In this document: positions 1-14,199 of the stretch, piece after piece
Layout: the number at the start of each line of letters is the position of its first letter
How positions within the stretch are numbered: the stretch's first letter is position 1
Assembly: GCF_006345805.1 (NCBI RefSeq)
Contig: NC_043005.1
Location: 36,952,001-37,016,000 of the forward strand
Reading direction: 5' to 3'
From: Octopus sinensis
Taxonomy: Eukaryota
Length of the DNA stretch: 64,000 nucleotides
Translations under genes and position numbers: made by a program
Notes under the pieces: model-generated
What the model was told of the DNA's origin: nothing
What the model saw: only the letters and a program-made list of their open reading frames with translations
The model's database searches: none

Positions 1-18
1 CATATACATATATATATA

Positions 19-184
19 TATTTCTTTATTGCCCACAAGGGGCTAAACATAGGAACAAACAAGGAGAGAGAAAAGGATTAAGTCGATTACATTGACCTCA
101 GTGTGAAACTGGTACTTTATTTATCGACCCCGAAAGGATGAAAGGCAAAGTCGACCTCGGCGGAATTTGAACTCAGAACGTAAC
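19..184 (-). mobile_element. SINE family A copy (tail type 1), head missing
   Basis: Carries the family core (plus strand GGTACTT..ATCGACCCCGAAAGGATGAAAGGCAAAGTCGACCTCGGCGGAATTTGAACTCAGAACG), which recurs throughout the window. Flanked by (TA)n. Confidence 0.9.
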
Positions 185-185
185 A

Positions 186-259
186 ATATATATATATATA
201 TATATATTATTATCTATTATATATATATAGGCAACACACAGCGAATTTATATATATATG

Positions 260-306
<47 letters not shown>

Positions 307-394
307 GATATAAGTGTATGTGTGTACGTCTAGGTATGTATATTTTGTCTGTAACTCTTCTGTATATATATGTCTGTAGTGTGGTGTGTTTGTA

Positions 395-439
<45 letters not shown>

Positions 440-885
440 CTGTGCGTGTCTGTGTGTGTGCCTATGTATGGATATCAGCATTAATATCAAGATATAACCT
501 CTGATGTTACGGAAGTCGTTGATGATGATGATGACTGTGATATTATAATGGTATTCCTTAGACAGATGAATTTTTTTTCTTGCTTCATTATAAAACTTGG
601 CTCAAGTAAACTTTATAATTACTATTGGTGTGAACTTCATTCATAAATATTTGTATCCAGGCAGACTTAAGAGCGCCTCATCTGTCTGTTTCATGTGTGT
701 GTGTGTTTATTTGTAACTCCTTGTTTATATATGCTTGTATGGACAAGAAACGGTGGTGTGAATTCATATATATTTGCTGCGCGTGTTAGTGTCTGCGTTT
801 GTGTGTCTTACATACACATCTCTGCTTCCTATGGTACTTTAGCATAAATGTGTGTATGTGTATATATGTAGCTATGTGTATGTAC

Positions 886-942
<57 letters not shown>

Positions 943-953
943 CACACACACAC

Positions 954-1002
<49 letters not shown>

Positions 1003-1027
1003 TATATAATATATATATATACCACAC

Positions 1028-1064
<37 letters not shown>

Positions 1065-1065
1065 C

Positions 1066-1144
<79 letters not shown>

Positions 1145-1190
1145 TAGATAGATAGATAATAGATAGATAGGATAGATAGATAGATAGATG
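186..1190. repeat. Compound microsatellite field (TA)n/(TG)n/(GA)n/(GATA)n
   Basis: Directly visible dinucleotide and tetranucleotide runs with short unique interruptions. Confidence 0.95.
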
Positions 1191-1297
1191 CATGTGTGGT
1201 TATACACGCCTGACTATGCTTCTTGTGATGGTCATACATGCGTATGTATGTGCACGCATATATATATACATATGTGTATGTATATGGGTATTTATGT

Positions 1298-1337
<40 letters not shown>

Positions 1338-1548
1338 GATGCAGACATACCAACATACATACCTAGACACACACATACATTGAGTTACATGTGCTTAATT
1401 TGCTTGTGTATGTGAATGCGTTTGTACTTGTATGTGTGTAAGTTTGGTCTTGACTGCTTTATAAGCATATTTGCCTTTCTATATGCCTATGACTGTATGT
1501 TCGTAACAGCACGCATTCGTGTGTATATAAATGTATGTGTATACATAC

Positions 1549-1588
<40 letters not shown>

Positions 1589-1791
1589 TGTGTGTGTGTG
1601 TGTGTTTGTGTGTGCAAGTACGTATGTGAAACTGATTAAATGAATGTTTATATGTCCAAATCCAGTATGAATAAATCCTCTTCTAAGATGTGTATGTGTG
1701 TATAGAAGTGGGTATATGCCAGTGTATGTATATGAGAATATTTGTGTGTTTATGTAGTCACACATGCTCACATATATATATATACAAATAA

Positions 1792-1839
<48 letters not shown>

Positions 1840-2647
1840 TAATATATATATACACACACTCAGACCACATACCAACACACCCGTATATATATATATATAT
1901 AATATATATATATATATAATATCATATATACACACATATGTATGCGTTTATGTGCAGACATTTTATAGACTTATATGTATGTATGTATGCACATATATAT
2001 ATATATATAAATATATGCATGCAGTTATGTATATGTAAATAAACATATATATGAGTGTGTATGTGTACGTGAAAGTGTGTTTGCGTATATTTTTTGTGTT
2101 TGTGATCGTTTATGTGTGCGCTTGAGTGAGGGGGTGAGACAGTGTCTTAAGGGCATGAAACAAATTACAACCACCATACTATATTAGTATATTCTCTATC
2201 AATTTTAAATTGAGTCTCATCTTGGCTAATTCTTGAAAAAGAAATTTTTTGACTGCACAAATCTTAATTCTATCGAAGGATTTATTCTCCATCTTGCTCT
2301 CCCTCACCACTTTTTCTTCCCTTTCCAAACAGTTCTTACTCTACACACACACACATAATTACACTTAAATGTCCGTAAACATACATGCATAGACACACGC
2401 ACACATATAGACATAAATATATACAACGAGAAATGCGTTAAGATATAACTTAATTACCTAGAATGATAAGCAACGACATTATGCATACATTTAGAGATAT
2501 AGATACATAAGCACATGTACACATACGCATACATTATGTATATATGTATGTATATATATATACATATAGATAATCTATGTGTACATATATATGTATATTT
2601 ATATACATATATACATATATGTGTATAGCGCTCTCTCTCTCTCTCAC

Positions 2648-2682
<35 letters not shown>

Positions 2683-3157
2683 CCACCCGTATTTATAAAT
2701 ATGTATATCAGCATATATAAACATACATACATTTATGTAAAGATATATATATATCAATATGGATCCATATTGACATAAATATATATGCGCACTCATAAAT
2801 ATATATATATAGGTTTATATAAATATACACACACATACATACAAACACACACACATATAGAAATATATATGCATGCGCATGTGTATCTGCGTGCTTGCGT
2901 GTGTGCATCCATACATTCAAACATACATCCGTAAAAGGAAGATAAATATTAAAATGAAGAGGAGAGAAAATAATCAGAGAAGTGAAGGGAAGGAGAGAAG
3001 GAGGGAAGGAGTGAGAGAGAGAGGTAGAGAGAACGTGTGAGTGACGGAGAGAAAAATAGTGGTATGGAAGTATAATCGTCACAGCTCACACAGACACATG
3101 TAAATGCACATAGACACAAAGTCTATGCATAAAAATGTGACATGTAGAGCATAAATA

Positions 3158-3227
<70 letters not shown>

Positions 3228-3519
3228 CTATATATATATAATATATATATATATATATCGTGTATCTGTATATATATATGTTCGTGTACGTGTATATATA
3301 TATATATATATATATAAGCAAAATTAGATGCATAGCTACACACATAAGAATTCATGTGAGCATATATATGTGTGGGTCTGTGTGGACACAAAATTATATG
3401 TATAGCTCTACATTGATAGGCACACACAAACGTAAATACGCACAGATGTGTGTATGTGCATATATATATATATATATATATGCCATTACCAGAAAATTAT
3501 ATCTTGAGATTTGTGCTTA

Positions 3520-3760
3520 ATATGCGCATAAACTTAAGGAAGCAACATCTCTGTCCATAATCTTGATAGAATCGTTAATTGCAGTTAACTTCCTCTCCAA
3601 GACTTTCTTGGAATCTACATGAATAAAAATGATATTCATCGCAGTTGGCAGCAACCAAATGATCGTTCTTTCAGCAAATATGACCAAACACAATAATCTT
3701 CTGACGATCTCATATTCAAACAATCCCCAAATCCCACAAAAATGGGACACAAGCGATGGG
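3520..3760 (-). mobile_element. Possible Tc1/maT-type transposase C-terminal remnant
   Basis: A minus frame reads DCLNMRSSEDYCVWSYL, resembling the PDLNPLDYxVWSxL motif. It is heavily decayed and no TIR was found. Confidence 0.3.
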
Positions 3761-4579
3761 TGTTCGTGCGTATGTGTGTGGGTGGTTTTTTTTGGTGGTG
3801 GGGGGTTGCTTTGTGTTAGATTTTTGTTTTCTTCGTGCTTTTTTGTTTTTGACATGTTTTTTTTATTTTTTATCTTTCGTGTGGATATTAAATATCAAAC
3901 GCTACGGCTTCGTTTTTGTTTTAATTTTGGTTTTTGGAATAATGTCATTAATTTCGTTCAATAAAGTAAATGATATTTATAAAATGGTGATATTTGTATG
4001 CGTGAGTGTGTGTATGTGTGTGTGTGCGAGTGTATGTGGGTGTGTGTATGCTCGTGTGTGTATGTGTTTAAGCACATCGAAACATAGAGAGAGGTGGAGG
4101 TGTATATAACCATATTTGAATGTTTTTATATATATATGTAAGAATGTATGTATATATGTATACGTATATGCAAATATACATACACACATACAAACATACA
4201 CATATATATTGTGTGTATCTGTGTGTGTGCGTGGGCGTGCGTTTATTGGCAAAAATTCTTGATTGCTCCCGAGAAATATTCTATGTAGTCTATTTATGTT
4301 CTGAGTTCAAATCTTAATGCTGGTAAATTTGGTTTTAATCCTCCCGATATCGATAAAAACTAAGGATTTCAGTCAAGTGGCTAAGGACAATCCTCGACCC
4401 TCTATCCTCACAATCACATCTTAGAAGGTTCATCTGTGCTAGAATTAAGAAGCATAGGGTAGTTGTTTCTTTCATGTCATTTCTACATGGACACCACAAT
4501 ACTCTTAACCAAAATGGTGAAGCTTAATGATACCATGACACATTAAGTTGTAAATGATGACGGCAATATTATCATTATT

Positions 4580-5148
4580 CACTGAGAGAGTAGCCCATAC
4601 CATCAAAGTGGCATTGAGTTACAAATATACGAAGCCTATTATACCCATCATGTCTACCCATCTGATAAGGGTACACTAGGCACATGCATCACAAACATAT
4701 GTAAGCGACATGGTGACTTAATATCAAGATAAACAACGCATGATCCTGCAAGTAGGATCCAGTTAGAATTTTCTTCAGGTTGAGTAGGCCATCTTGCTCA
4801 AATGGTCGCTGAATAAGAGTTGTTCAAGAATGATGAACATAACACCCATCTTTCCAGAGGTGAATTATTCAAGCCCCTAAGAATCTCTCCCCCCCTCCCT
4901 CTCTCTCTCTCTCCTCTCTCTCGACACATGGCTATGATGCTCGCTATTAGAGATGGACATATCATCAACCACTAAGGGACATGCCCATCTAGTTAAGATT
5001 AAATATCTGCCTAGCTAATCTGCGGTTTTGAGCAGAATACTTGCTGTAGCTCATCTTTTACAACCAAACGAAACATATAAAAGACAACACTTCTGATCAG
5101 TTAATATCAGAAGCCATGAGAGCCACTGCTTAGTATTGCATCATGGCA
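4580..5148 (-). mobile_element. ~555-bp (TAA)n-flanked interspersed element, copy 1
   Basis: Reverse complement of 17771-18323 over its whole length, with the same termini (TGCC(C/A)TGATGCA... and ...CTCTCTCA). It has an extra internal (CT)n run, and both sides have trinucleotide flanks. Confidence 0.85.
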
Positions 5149-5181
5149 TTATTATCATTGTTATTATTGTTATTGTTATTA

Positions 5182-5265
<84 letters not shown>

Positions 5266-5267
5266 CA

Positions 5268-5342
<75 letters not shown>

Positions 5343-5385
5343 ACAACAACATTATTATTATTATTATTATTATCATTATCAATAT
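5149..5385. repeat. Compound trinucleotide microsatellite (TAT)n-(CAT)n-(CAA)n-(TAT)n
   Basis: Directly visible. It produces the poly-L/Y/I ORF artefacts. Confidence 0.95.
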
Positions 5386-6554
5386 TGTCGTTGTTTGCAT
5401 ACTTAACGCAAAAATGAGCTAAGATATATGACTAAGAGTAGTTCAGATACATGCCACAGACCACCCTGAGTTACATCCCTTGGCTAATATTTGCGTAAAT
5501 TATGCAAATAACCTAGCTCATGCATGTGTTCTATTCTTGCTTCGTGTAATTCTTTAGAGATGAGATCGAAGAAGCGGTGTGCTGATGATGGCTATTAAAT
5601 GAGAAACATGTGCCCACGTCTGTTCTCTTATCTCCAGATAATAAACTTGTCCCTTTTTTCCTTAATATCAAGTCAACTTTGAAAACTCCTTAAATCCAAG
5701 TGGAGCTGGTCACATTACCACTAAGTTATTGTGATACATCATTATAATTATTATCATCGACATATTCTTTCAAATTCCAGCTGGAGGCGAAAGAGATGGA
5801 GAGAGAAATGCTCGCCGTTCACTAAATTTGTGAAAACGTTGGTGATTGTGGTGAAAATAGCAACAAAGAATGGGGTTTATTCTCAACATGTCTGTAGATC
5901 AGAGAATGACAGGTGAGAGAAGGCACAGATTCCTGGTGGTCAGTGATATTCTGGATTTGGAGAACTAGTTGTCTCAGCCTCTAGTAGAAAACCTCCTGTG
6001 TCGGGAAGACCGCATCATCGTCGTCGTCATCATCATAATCATCATTTATTTCTACACTGCGGATATATTTTAATGTATTCGATTCTTTCTTTTTCGATTT
6101 TATATAAACATCTAGACTTGATGTAACATATCATTATAATAAATCCAGCATTCGACAACCCTTTGGCAAGTAAAATCATAAATGTCATCATCATCATCAT
6201 CATCGTCATCGTCGTCATCATTATTATATATAATGTATAAATTTATATAGATTAGACTGATAGCTACATGGATAGATTGATGGAACGACAGGTAGCTTCA
6301 AGGATAGGGATAAATATTTGCAAATTATATATTGTCATGCGCACATGTTAATAGGGAAATGGAATAAAGTTTATTTGTGTCTATGTATGTGTATGTGTAT
6401 TTCTATATGAATATATAAATATATACACACACACTGATACACGAGCAATTGCACACACAGGCACACGCAGTTACGCACACACGTATAAATTATGTATTTA
6501 TATGCATTCATATATACCCACATACGTATATTTCTGTACACAACAAAACCTTTC

Positions 6555-6834
6555 TACATATTCTTTTATTCTTTTAGTCATCGGACTGCGGCCATACTGG
6601 AGCACCACCTTTAATCGAACAAATCGGTCGTCAAGCGATGGTGGAAGGACAAACACAGACACACAAGCATATACACACATAGTATATTTATATACGACAG
6701 GCTTCTTTCAGTTTCCGTCTACCAAATCCACTCACTAGCAGAAGATACTTGCTCAAGGTGTCAGGCAGTGGGACTGAATCCAGAACCTAGTGGTTGGGAA
6801 GCAAGCTTCTTAACACACAGCCACGCCTGCGCCT
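6555..6834 (-). mobile_element. SINE family B (tRNA-derived head, internal CA/TA tract, AAAAGAAT-type tail)
   Basis: The minus strand starts AGGCGCAGGCGTGGCTGTGTGTTAAGAAGCTTGCTTCCC with a B-box-like GGATTCAGTCC. Its 3' part GGTGCTCCAGTATGGCCGCAGTC is shared with 12.2, 53.5 and 57.4 kb. Confidence 0.85.
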
Positions 6835-7130
6835 ATGAACTCACTCACACTCTATCACATACACATTCATAGATACACACAAATATATATATATATATAT
6901 ATCTGTGGTGTCCTGTACTCATATATGCCTGTATATATACATATAGATGTAGGTATGTACATATATGTATGTATATATGGATATGTTTTATTTATTAAAT
7001 TGTTATTATATATATATATATATGCGTGTGTGTGTATACATACATATATTCATATATATATATACATACATTCATATATATATAATATATGTGTGTGTGT
7101 GTGTGTGTGTGTATGTGTGTGTGTGTGTGT

Positions 7131-7166
<36 letters not shown>

Positions 7167-8419
7167 CACAAGAATGCACTATCGGTTAGTTCTTATCTTT
7201 TGTAACAGCTAAAGACATTCATTGTGGAAATGTCTCGTGTACTTCTGTATTCTGACAATGTTTCATCTTCGTAGTCCCTATCATATCGTCACCATATGGT
7301 ATTCAAATATGTTTGATAGATACAGAGATGGGAAGAAAGCATTAGTATTATCATTTAATAAGAAAGAAAGACAGCAATAATGTGTGGAGGAAGACAAATG
7401 AAAAGATCTCAGGAAAGAAAGAAAGGGAAAAAAGAAACAACGAATGGAGGGAATGGGAGAAACGTTGAAAATGTAGTTACATAGAAGATATGGAAACTTT
7501 TGAATATTTTATATTCCTGTTCTGAAGAAATCGCTGAGATTATAGAATTCAGAATATCTTGTCAGACCCATGATTGAAAATACAAAGATATGGTGGTGAC
7601 TTGTTGCATGAATAAGCGTGTGTTTCTGCATCATCCGTGTGTGTGTATGCGTGCGCTTATGTGAGTGTGTGCGATTATGTGTGTGCGCGCGAACACGCGT
7701 GTATGTGTGCGTGTGTGTGCGTCTATTGCGTACGCGCGTTTGTGTGCATGACTGCGTGTATGTATGTGTGTAAAAAATATACACACGAACACACGAAGTA
7801 GTGGATGTGTCGACGAACACGAACAGGACGATGTATATACAAAAATAAGTCCAGGCAATAAGGTCAGTTTGGACGCAATGGCACAAATTTAGCGAGTTAT
7901 GGTGATTAAAAGAGAATGTAACGCAGTATAATCACAACTGGATGTTTCTAGAAAATTCTAGGCCATATATCAATATAAATAGAAGATAGTGGCTCTGGTT
8001 TACGACGAAAATTGCAATAAAAAAACATTACATTACCCAGGCGCGTTCTTGTACTCGAAAAGTAAGATCTTCAGAGACTGTAATCATGAATGCAAATTTA
8101 TTTTGACGTCGTAAAAATTAATCGTTTTGAAATAGAGAACGCTCCACTCACAGCCTACAAAATTCTCCGACCGCTAATACTAATCCATGGGGAGCAACCC
8201 TTTCGTTAGGTTTTTGACACATACCAGATAACTTTCTCTGAACGTCGTTGCACTCTTTTGCTACCACCGAGTCAACCGATGGCTCCAGGGCTAAAGAGGT
8301 TATGTGCTTCCAATCAGTATGTCTGAAGAGCTGTTGCTATTGTGTAGTAGCAATATTCAACGAGAAACCGAGGGTAAGATATCCTGACCAGTTATATGCC
8401 AAAATTGGTTTAGTTCACA

Positions 8420-8905
8420 TTAGTGCCTCTGCTCCGTCAGGAATATAGGGCCTCGGCTGTTTCATGCCTGTGAACGCGAGTTTTGGCTATCTCTTCGGCT
8501 TCAGACCAAGAGAGACCGATTGATTTCGCTTTATCCTTCACACATCTTTTCTGGGTCTTTTGAGGTCGTCCAACTTTCGTCTTTCCTTCAGCTTGCCTGT
8601 GTAACACCTGTTTTACAATGTTGCTTGGAGGTCTCTTTAGACTGTAGCCAATCCAACCCCAATTCTTTTTTTCAGAATCTCTTAATTAATGGTAGTTTGG
8701 TTAGTTTTATACTACAGACTTGTTTGAAACTTTGCCCGGCCACCAGATCTTGAAGATGTCGAGTAGACTTTTGTTAACGAAGATCTGCAGCTTACTCTTT
8801 ATGGCTTTGGTGACCCTCCAATTTTCTGGCCCGAAAGAAGAACAAACTTGACACTGAAGTTGAAGATGCGGAGTTTGTTTTGAGGGAGTTCAATGTTATA
8901 TTTGG
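8420..8905 (-). mobile_element. RTE-clade LINE 3' end (decayed ORF C-terminus)
   Basis: Minus frames give KLRIFNFSVKFVLL / ENWRVTKAIKSKLQIFVNKSLLDIFKIWWPGKVSN / KKNWGWIGYSLKRPPSNIVKQVL..GKTKVGRPQKT. These match the typical RTE post-RT region (WGWIGH, GKRKxGRP), with frameshifts and stops. Confidence 0.8.
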
Positions 8906-10374
8906 GAATATACTTTTTGACGCGTTGTAAAATTGTACTTACATGTGTGTGCGTGTGTTAACATGTATTAAATAATTCTATATATGTGCTATGCATACAC
9001 ATCATTGTATATATGTGTTTATATGTATATCGGTAGACATCACTATAACATTTTAAAATCTGTAAAAAAAAAACAGTTTGTCTAAATAGCCATATCTATA
9101 ACTCTGGCTTGCACAAATATAGCTTCTGGGACTGATGTAATTAAATATATCATTAAAATTAATACCCCATCATGGCCTGTCCATTGTTCTGTGATTGAAC
9201 CAATGCCCACGCTTACACATGCATAAACACATACACACACACGCACACACACGCACGCGTATATAGATACTTATGTATCTTTGTATGCATGTGTATGCAC
9301 CCTCGTATGTATATATGTATGTATATATGTATGTATATATGTATGTATGGATGGATGCATATGCAGAGGCAGCTATGAATAGACGCTTATTTGTGTTTCA
9401 GTGTAGCTTTCATCTCTATAATTGGCGTTACTTCCTCACACATCCTCTCCCAAACATCCTACCCCTGTCTCTCAAGACGTTGCCTCATTCTTCTATGATT
9501 AGCGTTATTTCCCCAAACATCCGGTCCGTAACATCCCACTGTCTCAAGAGGTTGTTACCTAACCATTCCGAATCGGATAATAAATTATTCAATATTCTTT
9601 GGTTGTATGCATAATAAAGATTTTGCTGCACCTAGATCCGAGACATGTTGTTTACTATGAACGGTAAATTTACTGGAAGTTCTCTCCCGAATGATAGACA
9701 GAAGATCAAGCGTTTGCTGGCAGTCTGCTTTAGTAAGTGGATGCCTGGATAGATAGATAAATAAATAGATAGACAGGTAGATAGACTGGATAGATGGATG
9801 GATGGATGGATGGATTGATGAATGGATGGATAGGTAGATGGATGGATGGATAAATGGTGGAGAGATAGATGAATAGAGAGAGGAAGCAGATAGGTAGGTG
9901 GATAGATAGATAAAAAGGGAAATACATCATATAGATGAGACTGCGTATGAAAAACAGTGAGAAAGAAAGAGGAAAGTAAAACGAATGAAGGGAGAGAGAG
10001 AGAAGAGGGAGGAGAATTAAACTTGGAATAAGCTGGTGGGAGAAACAGAGAATAAAAAGTTGCGAAAAGAAATTTTAACGCAATGTCCAAAATTGAAATC
10101 TATAAATCTGTTTACTTGTTTTATATGTAAGAGAAATCAATATAGTCAAAGATGATGCAGGCTTTTATGGAGGAAAACAAATAAAACAACAACATGGATT
10201 CGAGTATTAGATAAAACCATGGTAAATAGCTGAATAAATAAACGTTCTCTGAATATAATTCTATTGGGCAGACGAGCAGACGAATCAGGCCAAAGTACGA
10301 GCCCCCATGAAAGACGTCCCTGCGGGTATTACAAAGCTCTCTTTACCGCGTCTTTATAAATATAGAACTCAGGA

Positions 10375-10407
<33 letters not shown>

Positions 10408-11077
10408 GACGATATTCTAAGATGAAATGCTACCAAAATTCTGTTATTAAGCATAATTTTTAAATCGACTTGGAATATCTTTGGGTCATTGGTTTCGTAT
10501 TAATCGTAACATTCAAGGGGTTTTTTGTTGTTGATGTTAGTGTCACTTTTTTATATTCCCAGACTCATTGACCCCAAAGTAGGTTCACGAAAAATGCACA
10601 AAAGTATGCTAATTTATGCCTCACACCTCTTCGGCACCATTTTTAAAGAAATCTATGCCTGACCTCTATCTTTCATACTTTATAAAGAAGATTGGCTGGA
10701 AACTGAAGGAGAACGGAAATTAAAGACGAATAAAAATAAAACAAAGCAAGCAAAAATGTTTTATTTTAAAACGGTATACGTGTTGTGGCGGGGGTGGCTG
10801 GAAGGAATCGAAGTGGTAATTAGAAAAGATAATTAGATTTAGTGTGGCTGGGAAGTTAAGTTGGGGTAGAGAATTGCAGAAAATCCTTAATTAAAAGAAT
10901 TAAAAGAATTGATTTAAATTAATCGAAATTCCAAAGTAGTTAGGATGTATCTATGCAAAGGATTGTGAGTGGAATCGGTGTGAGCATGAAGAAACTGTAA
11001 TGGCGATTAGTTCTGGTTTACATGTGGCTGTAATTGTAACAACTGGTATATACTATTGCTGTGGCGATAGCAGATCT

Positions 11078-11473
11078 AGGGGCTGAACATAGAAGGGACA
11101 AACAAGGACAGACAAACGGATTAAGTCGATTACATCGACCCCAGTGCGTAACTGGTACTTAATTTATCGACCCCGAGAGGATGAAAGGCAAAGTCGACCT
11201 CGGCAGAATTTGAACTCAGAACGTAACGGCAGACGAAATACCTATTTCTGTACTACCCACAAGGGGCTAAACACAGAGAGGACAAACACGGAGAGACAAA
11301 CGGATTAGGTCGATTATATCGATCCCAGTGCGTAACTGGTACTTATTTAATCGACCCCGAAAGGGTGAAAGGCAAAGTCGACCTCGGCGTAATTTGAACT
11401 CAGAACGTAACGGCAGAGGAAATACCGTTACGCATCTTGCCCGGCATGCTAACGATTCTACTAGCTCGCCGCC
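11078..11473 (-). mobile_element. SINE A tandem dimer (full copy 11241-11473 plus head-truncated copy 11078-11240)
   Basis: Two family cores. The junction reads GACGAAATA|CCTATTTCT on the plus strand at 11240/11241. Confidence 0.92.
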
Positions 11474-11994
11474 CTTTTGCAGATCTATTTCTATAGTCAT
11501 GGTGATTTAAAGTTCTCTTGGGGTGCAGAGTTTTACATGTGGGCATAGCTGTTAGGTTGAGAAATTCGTTTTGCAGCTATGTCGTTTCGGTTTCAATCCA
11601 ACAAAACCTTTTACGATAGTCCTGGGTTGACCAATAAAAACATTGTAGGTGAGTTTAGTAGAGAGAAAGTATGCGGAAACAGTTGAATGTATACACGCGC
11701 AAAAGTAACGCGCCTATACACATCAATTTTTAAATATTAATTGTAAAAATAGTTAAATTATCTAAAATATTACTTAAATAACAACATTTATTAGTGGGAC
11801 CTTGTTTGTATGAAGTTTAAGACTTTTGAAGTAACCACACCAAAGCCAGAAATAAAATGAAAAACCTGTGTTTGCACTTGTTGCTCGCATGACATTTTTT
11901 TAGAAGAACAAAGGTTTTGTAATATTTCTTTTCATAACTTCCCTGTATTATTTCAAACTATACAACAAATACTTGAAAAGCAAGCAGGCTGTGT

Positions 11995-12125
11995 GTGTGT
12001 GTGTGAGAGGGAGAGAGAGAGAGAGAGAGAGAGAAAAGAAGGAAGGAAGGAAGGAAGAAAGAAAGAAAAAAAAGAGAGAGAGAGAGAGAGGGAGGGAGGA
12101 AGGAAGGGAGGAAAGAAGGAAGGAA
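11995..12125. repeat. Polypurine (GA)n/(GGAA)n tract
   Basis: About 130 bp of almost pure purines on the plus strand, preceded by (GT)n. Confidence 0.9.
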
Positions 12126-12164
12126 GGATCATTTGGCAATTACTGTTTGCTATTTAATAACCCT

Positions 12165-12305
12165 GTACTTTAGCAGTGCGGCAAAACAGAGAACGATAGA
12201 ATAAGTGCCAAACTTCAATTAATAACAAGATTCAACTTGCTCGTTTAAACACATCAGAGAGGTGCAGCAGCATGGCCGCAGCTCAATGACTGACACAAAA
12301 TAATA
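12165..12305 (+). mobile_element. SINE family B 3' fragment
   Basis: TTAGCAGTGCGGCAAAACAGAGAACGATAGAATAAGT ... GGTGCAGCAGCATGGCCGCAGCTCAATGACTGA matches the 3' half of 57121-57460. Confidence 0.7.
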
Positions 12306-13404
12306 ACAGAAAATATTATGTTCTATTCTACTTATATCCTAACACATTTGTCTTCTCGTGTAGACTTTTTGTTTTTGTCTATTTTTCTTTTAATCAGAGT
12401 ACAAGGCAGCGAACAAGGCTCCATGGTAGATTATCTGAGAGGGCGAGAGAAAAGGAGGGTGAGAGAACGGTGTTCTTAGATAGAAGACATGGTCTGAATG
12501 TTTGCATCTAGTCAGACATGAGTGGACTTTTCTAAAGGTATGCCAGGTATTCGGTACCTGTGTTGAACAGGGTGACCAATTATGACACAAATATCAAATT
12601 GACAAGGTATTGGGTACTTTCCTGCCGTAAACGTTGCATTGGGTATTGAACGATATTTTTGAAACAAAGAGCACAGGATTGGCAGACTCGTTAACGAATC
12701 ACAAAAAAGGCTTTGCGATATTTATTCTCGCTCCTTTTGTTCTAAGTTCAAATTTCATCCGGTTAAAATCCCAATTTTGTCTTCTATCGCCTTGTGATCG
12801 ATATAATAAGATACCAGTCAAATGCTGGAGTCGATGACAACGACTATCGTCTAGCTTCTCCGCAAAACAGCTGTCTTTGAACCAATATTTTTTTAAAGAA
12901 GATGCTGAATGTTTCATAATTAAATTGCTGCATCAATTACTGAATTACATTGAGTTACACTGAGTTCTACTGAGCCAGATAGAAAGTAACAATTTTCCAC
13001 TATTGGCAAATTTCACTGAAATCGCGCCAAGACAAATGTCACCTTTCGTTCTCAAGAATATCAATAAAATATAATTACTGTTCGTAATAAACAAGTAAAA
13101 TCAATCATCTTTTCTCCAACCCTAATTAACGTTGTACCTAGTCAAAAGAAATCAATTAAAGCGTTCACAACGTGCCGAGTCCGTGACCCAGGTTCAATTT
13201 CCGCTTGATGCTGTTTAACTTATGGAAAAGTTACAAACTTCAAAACACTAATTAATATTCCCTTTGTGCCTGTCCTAGACATCATTTATTTTATAATCAA
13301 GTTGATATATAATGATATTGATAATATATTTTCTTTATATTAACTTCATAACTAATGTAATTTCATTATATTATGATGAATAAGTTATAATTTTTCATTG
13401 ACGT

Positions 13405-13436
13405 ATTTCATTTTTTCTGTTTCATTTTAGGTGAGT
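13405..13436 (+). other. Splice acceptor immediately followed by donor consensus (TTTTTTCTGTTTCATTTTAG|GTGAGT)
   Basis: Strong polypyrimidine tract, AG at 13429-13430 and GTGAGT at 13431-13436, in non-repetitive sequence. Confidence 0.45.
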
Positions 13437-13692
13437 ACGAATTTGGTTATTCCAAAGAAATTTATTTCATATTCTGCCACACGTTCTGGTTAAAGATTAC
13501 AAAAGACGAAACAATACTTTTCAGGTTTGTTGTTCTATGCTTTGTTCGGGCTTCTTTCATTTCAATTTATCCTACCATTCCGAGTAATTTCCTTCAAGAT
13601 TTAAGTGAAAGCAAAATCAAACATGAAAGCATTCAATAATCCGCTGCTTCATCTTTATGGTGTGTGTGTGTGAGAGAGGGGGTATAGAGAGA

Positions 13693-13759
<67 letters not shown>

Positions 13760-14199
13760 TGTGTGTGCATGAAGTAAAAACATACCAGCATTGGTGAACA
13801 ATTTTGAAAATATAACTTTTCTTTTCAGAAATAATGTTAAAATTTCTAAAATGGTGAACATTTTTGACATCTGTCACAACAAAAACATTCTTTATATAAC
13901 TAAATTTTAAATTTCTTTGTCTTATCAAACATTTCAAATTCTTCGAATTGTCCAGAACAAAGTTAGTTTATTTCATTGCATGAAAACATACCTGTTTTGT
14001 TCCCAGCTCTAGGTCAACTTTTTGTAGACTAAGAAAGATCTCAGTCCGAATGCTTGTTTTTAGTATATCGCTCCCAACAATATGAAAACTTCCAACTGAA
14101 ATAGTTATTAGGATCGAAGAACCATAATAGATTATATTATCAGACTTAGTAAAATCAATGAATATTTAAATAAAACACCTACCAAACTAAATGTATATA

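Noticed and set aside
5578-5625. Hammerhead-like CTGATGA...GAAAC...GTC
   Set aside because: No stem II or stem I pairing.
9390-9720. Exon or RTE remnant (minus frame CYGPDVW)
   Set aside because: Similarity is limited to one short motif, and the plus frames have stops or no recognisable product.
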